The position numbers and the translations under genes were made by a program. This document shows positions 58,406 to 64,000 of a stretch of 64,000 nt of DNA, piece after piece. The notes under the pieces are model-generated. The model saw only the letters and a list, made by a program, of their open reading frames with translations. It ran no database searches and had not been told where the DNA came from. The first letter of the stretch is position 1. Each line of letters starts with the position of its first letter. Origin of the DNA: Fidelibacterota bacterium (GTDB lineage Bacteria > Fidelibacterota > Marinisomatia > Marinisomatales > Marinisomataceae); the NCBI GenBank assembly GCA_965212055.1, contig OZ243041.1, positions 320,001-384,000 on the forward strand, given 5' to 3'.

Positions 58406-59437
58406 TTGGAAATAACGTATTTCCTCCCTCTAATATTAATTGTTGTGATTCTTATTTTTCTGGTGAATAATAGGAAATCAAAACAGTCTACCGATGTTGA
58501 AGTCTATAATAAAGCGTTAAAAGCTATCATCGATAATAAACATGAAAGAGCTTTTCAAATCTTGAAAGATCTTATTCAAAAAGATTCAAATAATACTGAA
58601 GCATATCTATTGTTAGGGAATCTCCTGAGAGATAGAAACATAAATAAAGCAATCAGAATTCATCAAAGTATTATTGTTAGACCTGGATTATCTAAGCAAA
58701 TGAAAATTCAGATTCATCAAGCTCTTGGATTGGATTATCTAGAAGTTGGTAATATGATTAGAGCAGAGGATGAATTCAAAAACATAATTGACTTAGATTC
58801 CAAAAACATATGGGCTTTAACAATGCTTAAAAATATTTGTATTGATAATCAATCATGGGATAAAGCATTGGATTTAGAAAAAAAGCTGATTAAACATCAA
58901 TCAAAATCGAAAAATGAAGCATCAATGCTGAATTATTTTATTGCAATGGACTACAAAGAGAAAGATAATCAAAAGAAATATATTAATTTTCTTGAGAAAA
59001 GCGTTCTTTCAGAACATGTATACCACGAATCATATCTAGAGCTTGCTAAAGTTTATCAAAAGGAAGGAGATATTGATTTAGCAATAAAAAATCTCATTGC
59101 ATTTGCAGAAAAAGAACCAAAGGCAAGTATTGAAACCTTTAAAGATATTGAGAATATGTTGTTTGAAGAGAATAGGTTTAATGAAATGGAAGCATTATAT
59201 CAAGGCATACTATCTAATATGTTTCATAAGTATGTATTTAATCGCCTTATCGATATTCACCTTGAAAAAAATGACAAAGATGCCGCAGAAGAGCTAATAG
59301 AAAAATTTGCAAAACAATATGAAGGATCTTATATCATTCAATTAAATCGAATAAAACTTAATACTGATGATATTGAGTTAAGAAAATCATTATCTGAAGT
59401 TTGTCATAGCGTTACTCTTAATGAAGATAAAAATTAA
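58406..59437 (+). CDS. LapB-like TPR membrane protein lacking the C-terminal rubredoxin domain
   Basis: N-terminal TM, AYLLLGNLLR...AIRIHQS, ALGLDYL TPR motifs; TTG start at 58406 has AAGGA 8 nt upstream (ORF track starts at 58370). Confidence 0.75.
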   Translation: MEITYFLPLILIVVILIFLVNNRKSKQSTDVEVYNKALKAIIDNKHERAFQILKDLIQKDSNNTEAYLLLGNLLRDRNINKAIRIHQSIIVRPGLSKQMKIQIHQALGLDYLEVGNMIRAEDEFKNIIDLDSKNIWALTMLKNICIDNQSWDKALDLEKKLIKHQSKSKNEASMLNYFIAMDYKEKDNQKKYINFLEKSVLSEHVYHESYLELAKVYQKEGDIDLAIKNLIAFAEKEPKASIETFKDIENMLFEENRFNEMEALYQGILSNMFHKYVFNRLIDIHLEKNDKDAAEELIEKFAKQYEGSYIIQLNRIKLNTDDIELRKSLSEVCHSVTLNEDKN

Positions 59438-60059
59438 AATAAAAGCAATTTTACTTATTTCTTTGTTTGCTTTCTGTTACGGTCAGAATGCAGATTCAAG
59501 CGTTCTCTATCAAAAAGCAATTAATACTGTTGATGGTGACAAAGCACTAGAAATATATGAGCAGATTATTCAATTAAATGACAATTCTGATTATTATTGG
59601 TTGTCTATTCTGAAAAAAGCTGAATTAAGGTATGCTATAGGATCTTATATCCAGTCTTCTACATTACTTAAAGAATTTAATGTAAATGCTCCTAGCCATC
59701 TTGTGACAGATATTTCAAAAGAATTACTTTATAAGGCATTAACTGCTGCTGGAGAAATTAAAACAGCAAAAGAATATCAGAAAAAATTAAATAAACCAAT
59801 TATTAATCAAAAAAAAGTTCAATCTAATAAGACTTGGTTTATTCAATTTGGTGCATTTGAAAATAAAGAAAATGCTCTTACTCTAAAGAATGCATTGAAT
59901 GAAACAGGAATATCAGATATAACAGTAACTCAGGCATTTAATAGAGGAAAAATGACATATTATGTACGTAGCAAAAGTTTTAAATCTTATGAATCCGCTA
60001 GCAAGAAAGCCGCACAATTAAGAAGATATGATTCTACATTTGCTATTGTAGGTTATTAA
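59421..60059 (+). CDS. Exported TPR-like/SPOR-domain protein
   Basis: Signal peptide; WFIQFGAFENKENA...YYVR SPOR pattern. Confidence 0.8.
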   Translation: MKIKIKIKAILLISLFAFCYGQNADSSVLYQKAINTVDGDKALEIYEQIIQLNDNSDYYWLSILKKAELRYAIGSYIQSSTLLKEFNVNAPSHLVTDISKELLYKALTAAGEIKTAKEYQKKLNKPIINQKKVQSNKTWFIQFGAFENKENALTLKNALNETGISDITVTQAFNRGKMTYYVRSKSFKSYESASKKAAQLRRYDSTFAIVGY

Positions 60060-60060
60060 T

Positions 60061-61911
60061 TTATTCTTTAGCAGTTCTGTATAATCCAATAATAATGCAT
60101 ACCAAGATAATAACTCCAATTATATTAGCATAGATTTCATCTGGAAGTGAATATTTTGGTAATGCTTTTTCAAAAAATAATGGAATAGCGATAAATATTG
60201 CCATTAATGCTTCTCCTGTAATTAACCCAGCAGCCATTAGTAATCCATTATTTTTACCTTTTTGTGAAGAAATTTTATTGGCATAGTGATTAATCATCCC
60301 ACCAATAAAGATTGGAAAAGTTAATTCAATTGGAAGATACATTCCAATGGCAACTGCTAAAATTGGAACTCTAAAGTCTGATCCTCTTTTGAGTTGATAC
60401 TGATCGACTAAAATAATTAATAATCCAATGATTGCACCAATACAGATGATTGTCCATTCTAAATTTCCTTCAAAAACCCCTTCAGCTACACTAGCCATCA
60501 ATGTAGCTTGTGGCGCATCTAAAGATGTTTCTCTAGTAACATCTGCAATACCATATGCCCCATCTAAAATCATCAATATAAAACCAAGACTTAGTGCTGC
60601 ACTTATAACCCCTATGACTTGCATAATTTGTTGTTTCCAAGGGGTTGCTCCTACAATATTACCCGTTTTTAGATCCTGTAAGTTATCTCCCCCAATTGCT
60701 GCAGCACAACATACAACAGCTCCCACTAAAATGGCTGCTGCAGCTCCAGATTCTTTACCAAACAAAGCAAGGATTAATAAAGAAGTAAATAGAATTGTAG
60801 CAATTGTTACTCCTGATATAGGATTATTGGATGATCCAACTACTCCAGCCATATATGCTGCTACTGCTGAGAATAAAAACCCAAAAATACACATAGTTAA
60901 TGATAAAATAACAGCTGCTCCCCAGGATTGTATAACATTGAAATAAGTGAGACAGATAGGAACTAGCAAAACAAGGACACCAATAAAAACATAATTAATT
61001 GGTAAATCTCTTTCTTCAAGAGGGACACTATCAGAATCCCTATTTAAAGTTTTTAAACTTAGTTTCATGCTTTCGATAAGCGGTTTAGCAAGTTGAATAA
61101 TAGACCAAATACCTCCGACTACCATTGCACCTACTCCTAAATAACGAATTTTTTTACTCCAAATGTTGTTAGCAGCTTCCCATGCATCTTCGTTGTATAC
61201 ATTTTCTAAATAAGAGTAAATCGGAATACCAATCGCCCAAGATATTAATCCACCTGAAAAAGCTAGAATGCCAATATTCCGTCCTACAATATATCCAACA
61301 CTGATAAGAGAAGGAGATAAGCTAGATCCCATTCCAAAGATTGTATTTTTGATTGTAGTGGCTCCTCCAATCACCTCAGACCAAATATTAAAACCAAATT
61401 TGGTTCCGAGTTTAGCAATTCCTCCAATAAGAGCAGATATTCCAATTATTTTTAAACTATTTGCCGATTTATCTGGATCAGATTCATGTCCTGTTTCTAA
61501 CACTTTTGCTGTTGCAACGCCCTCAGGAAATTTCAGTTTTGCTTTTAAAATTAAAGCACGTCTTAGAGGTACAGTAAATAATACTCCAAGTATACCACCC
61601 ATCATTGCGATCTTGGTTACTTCCCAAGCATCAATACTGTCCCAATATCCAATGATTACCAAAGCAGGTATGGTAAAAATAACTCCAGCGGCTAAGGATT
61701 CTCCAGCAGACGCTGCAGTTTGTACAATATTGTTTTCTAAAATATTTGAATTCCGAAATAATCGTAAAATTCCCATCGATACAATTGCTGCTGGAATAGA
61801 TGCAGAGACGGTCATGCCTGCATACAATCCTAAATATGCCATTGCAGCAGAAAGAACGATTGAAAGGATTATACTTAAAAATATGGCTTTGACAGTTATC
61901 TCATTTTTCAT
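60061..61911 (-). CDS. OPT family oligopeptide transporter
   Basis: GMTVSASIPAA, ENNIVQTAASAG, FPEGVA, DNLQDLKTG, APQATLM. Confidence 0.95.
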   Translation of the reverse strand: MKNEITVKAIFLSIILSIVLSAAMAYLGLYAGMTVSASIPAAIVSMGILRLFRNSNILENNIVQTAASAGESLAAGVIFTIPALVIIGYWDSIDAWEVTKIAMMGGILGVLFTVPLRRALILKAKLKFPEGVATAKVLETGHESDPDKSANSLKIIGISALIGGIAKLGTKFGFNIWSEVIGGATTIKNTIFGMGSSLSPSLISVGYIVGRNIGILAFSGGLISWAIGIPIYSYLENVYNEDAWEAANNIWSKKIRYLGVGAMVVGGIWSIIQLAKPLIESMKLSLKTLNRDSDSVPLEERDLPINYVFIGVLVLLVPICLTYFNVIQSWGAAVILSLTMCIFGFLFSAVAAYMAGVVGSSNNPISGVTIATILFTSLLILALFGKESGAAAAILVGAVVCCAAAIGGDNLQDLKTGNIVGATPWKQQIMQVIGVISAALSLGFILMILDGAYGIADVTRETSLDAPQATLMASVAEGVFEGNLEWTIICIGAIIGLLIILVDQYQLKRGSDFRVPILAVAIGMYLPIELTFPIFIGGMINHYANKISSQKGKNNGLLMAAGLITGEALMAIFIAIPLFFEKALPKYSLPDEIYANIIGVIILVCIIIGLYRTAKE

Positions 61912-61948
61912 AATATCAACTTACAGATTTTTAATTTTTATAAACAAT

Positions 61949-62098
61949 ATGAAAAAAAATAATAAAAAATTAACACTTGGAGCAGCAACTGGAATTGGAG
62001 TTGGAGTAGGTACTGCACTTGGTGTTGCTTTCGATAACCTATCTTTAGGGATTGCTTTAGGAGTCGCTATTGTAATGGGTATTTCTCTTGCCTCATGA
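61949..62098 (+). CDS. Small glycine-zipper membrane protein (49 aa)
   Basis: MKKNNKKLTLGAATGIGVGVGTALGVAFDNLSLGIALGVAIVMGISLAS; stop overlaps the next ATG (ATGA); it is the 3' end of track ORF 61268-62098. Confidence 0.7.
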   Translation: MKKNNKKLTLGAATGIGVGVGTALGVAFDNLSLGIALGVAIVMGISLAS

Positions 62099-62403
62099 AA
62101 AACAAATTAATTTCACTAATCACTTTGTTTGGTTTAATGATGATAAATTTTCAAGTCTATCATCAACACGAATTTAATTCAACAGACAAATACATTTGCA
62201 ATCAAGAATGTGTAGATCTTATAAGCAATAAAGATTCACATAATTGTGATTTCTGTAAATTTGGTTTTACTAAGTATGTTTCTAATGTTGATAAATTTGT
62301 AACTCATGATTCTTTTTCAAATTATTCTTTTTTGAGAAATTTAAATTTTGTTTCTTATAAATCTGTTCATACAATTCCTAATAAATCTCCCCCTTTAGTA
62401 TAG
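62095..62403 (+). CDS. DUF2946-like exported His/Cys leader protein with C-terminal KSPP
   Basis: Signal-like N-terminus, HQH, HNCDFC (CxxC), ends NKSPPLV; directly upstream of a TonB-dependent receptor. Confidence 0.65.
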   Translation: MKNKLISLITLFGLMMINFQVYHQHEFNSTDKYICNQECVDLISNKDSHNCDFCKFGFTKYVSNVDKFVTHDSFSNYSFLRNLNFVSYKSVHTIPNKSPPLV

Positions 62404-62457
62404 CAACCTAATATTCATATTATATTTTTGTTAAACTAATTTTTCTAAGGAGAAAAA

Positions 62458-64000
62458 ATGAAAAATTTTATTTTATTATTACTAATTACGAGCTTTACAT
62501 ATGCTCAATCAACGCTTTCAGGTTTAGTCGTTGATGAAGAAACTAATCTTCCATTAGCTGATGCTAATATATTGATTAAATCAGATAGTTTTGACAGCGG
62601 AACATCATCAGGAGATGATGGAAAATTTACATTTTTAAATCTAGATGAAGGTGAATATTCGTTAGAAGTATCTGTAATAGGATATGAAGATTTATCAACT
62701 GATGTAACCTTGAAAAAAGGATTTACGCAACCAATTAGATTTGAACTTGCTAAACAAGCCGTCTCTATTGAAGGTGTTGAGGTATATTCATCATTAAGAA
62801 AAGTAAATGAAGGTGATTTAGCTAATTCAGCAATCATTTTTAATGATGAGTTAAGAAATAGACAAGGACAACACTTCAGTGACTTAATACAAAAAGTTCC
62901 AAATCTAAATTATGCAGGTGGAACTTCCAGACCGAGATATTTTCAAATTAGAGGAGAGGGTTCTGTAAGTCGATATGCTGACCAAGGACCTCCAAGTACT
63001 TATGTTGGATTAGTGTTGGATGGAATGGATTTATCTGAACTTGGTATGATTACACCTCTTTTTGATATGCAGCAAGTAGAAGTATTAATGGGTGTTCAAA
63101 CTAGTTTATTTGGTGCAGCAGCATCTTCTGGTTTGATTAATTTCAAAACCAACGATCCAACCGATAAAAAAGAAGGATATGTTATGACCCAGCTTGGTTC
63201 ATACAATACTTTTACAAATGGAATTGTTTATAACACTCCACTATTAAACGGTTGGAAGTTAAGACTGGTAGGTCATTCGAATGTTTCAGATGGATATAAA
63301 GAAAATGTTACTTTAGAGGGTAATGCATCAGCAAATAGAGATGAGTCATCATTTAGAGCTAAACTATTAAAGGTTGGTGATAATAATATTACACAAAAGT
63401 ATACAATGATTTACTCTGATTTTGACAATGGATATGATAATTGGGCTCCAGATAATAATACTGATCATATTACATATTCAGATAATCCAGGTAAAGATAG
63501 TCAAAAATCACAGATCTTTATAGCTGACTATAGTTATGATCTTGGTGAGGGTGTTGCTGATTTGAATATTGGTATGTCAAACAATGAAACATTGCACAGT
63601 TATGACTCAGATTGGGGTAATTATCAATTCTGGCTTCAAGATCCTTATAACTTTGATCCAACAGTTGAAGGATATCAATATGACTTCTTTGATTCATTTG
63701 ACAGAGATATTGATACAAGAACTGTTGATTTCAGATTAAGACCAAATACTGCTAACGATAATAAAATAGACTATGTCATTGGATTATATCAGTCTAATTA
63801 TGAAGAAAAAACTAATGCTGCAGGATATATTTTTGGAGGTTCTGCCACCGCTTTATCTTCTAATTATGATATTGTTACAAAGGCTCTATATGGTGAATTT
63901 GCATATAATTTTAAAAATAATTCATCACTTGCTTTGGCCTTTAGATCAGAAGCTAGAGATATAACATATGATGATCTTAATGATAAAACAGCAAGCTTTG
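62458..64000 (+). CDS. TonB-dependent receptor with N-terminal carboxypeptidase-regulatory-like domain (partial, runs off the window; not in the ORF track)
   Basis: RBS AAGGAG at 62447-62452; MKNFILLLLITSFTYAQSTLSGLVVDEETNLPLADANI..., plug region VPNLNYAGGTSRPRYFQIRG...LFDMQQVEVLMG. Confidence 0.9.
   Translation, partial: MKNFILLLLITSFTYAQSTLSGLVVDEETNLPLADANILIKSDSFDSGTSSGDDGKFTFLNLDEGEYSLEVSVIGYEDLSTDVTLKKGFTQPIRFELAKQAVSIEGVEVYSSLRKVNEGDLANSAIIFNDELRNRQGQHFSDLIQKVPNLNYAGGTSRPRYFQIRGEGSVSRYADQGPPSTYVGLVLDGMDLSELGMITPLFDMQQVEVLMGVQTSLFGAAASSGLINFKTNDPTDKKEGYVMTQLGSYNTFTNGIVYNTPLLNGWKLRLVGHSNVSDGYKENVTLEGNASANRDESSFRAKLLKVGDNNITQKYTMIYSDFDNGYDNWAPDNNTDHITYSDNPGKDSQKSQIFIADYSYDLGEGVADLNIGMSNNETLHSYDSDWGNYQFWLQDPYNFDPTVEGYQYDFFDSFDRDIDTRTVDFRLRPNTANDNKIDYVIGLYQSNYEEKTNAAGYIFGGSATALSSNYDIVTKALYGEFAYNFKNNSSLALAFRSEARDITYDDLNDKTASF

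Noticed and set aside
61268..62098. 276-aa ORF on the + strand
   Set aside because: Mostly antisense to the OPT gene; only the last 49 codons (from ATG 61949) look like a real protein
138..63964. Numerous short ORFs from the track that overlap confident genes (for example 138-431, 4170-4436, 11792-12193, 29711-30124, 33198-33557, 40031-40402, 60428-60946, 62505-62837, 63773-63964)
   Set aside because: Antisense or off-frame shadows of well-supported genes with no recognisable motifs
1..64000. CRISPR arrays, tRNA/rRNA genes, IS elements, prophage
   Set aside because: No regularly spaced repeats, cloverleaf-like GC-rich segments, transposase or phage structural genes were recognised; nearly all sequence is accounted for by protein genes

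Overview
AT-rich (roughly 30% GC by eye, not computed), very gene-dense chromosomal segment of a streamlined diderm bacterium. Gene content and order resemble the FCB superphylum, most plausibly Candidatus Marinimicrobia/SAR406 (inference). It is mostly housekeeping: hflX, pyrF/pyrE, dsbD, degP, ileS-dksA-lspA-rluD-xer-pckA-greA, rpmF-fabD-fabG-acpP-fabF, ndk-sucCD, P5C dehydrogenase, dusB, rpmB, gatB, aconitase, a dcw cluster (mraZ to ftsZ), miaB and lapAB-like genes, plus four amino-acid/peptide transporters and a TonB-dependent receptor running off the right end. No rRNA, tRNA, CRISPR array or transposase was recognised. Points of interest: (1) a ~3.4 kb less AT-rich islet (20.3-23.7 kb) with a trans-3-hydroxyproline dehydratase/Pyr2C reductase pair and a phage-type DNA base-hypermodification (aGPT-Pplase1/5-hmdU kinase helical) gene broken by a 35-bp insertion; (2) a DUF2946/CruR/CutF-like CxxC...KSPP leader peptide whose SPP codons can pair with the RBS of the downstream TonB receptor; (3) an IleRS2 with a GVHH signature; (4) repeated loss of Zn-binding cysteines in housekeeping proteins; (5) a eukaryote-type PMM near an archaeal-type PGI/PMI; (6) dcw and fab clusters lacking murE-murF-mraY and plsX-fabH; (7) an apparent leaderless-mRNA signature. 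Frameshifts in xer and fabF are probably sequence or assembly errors.
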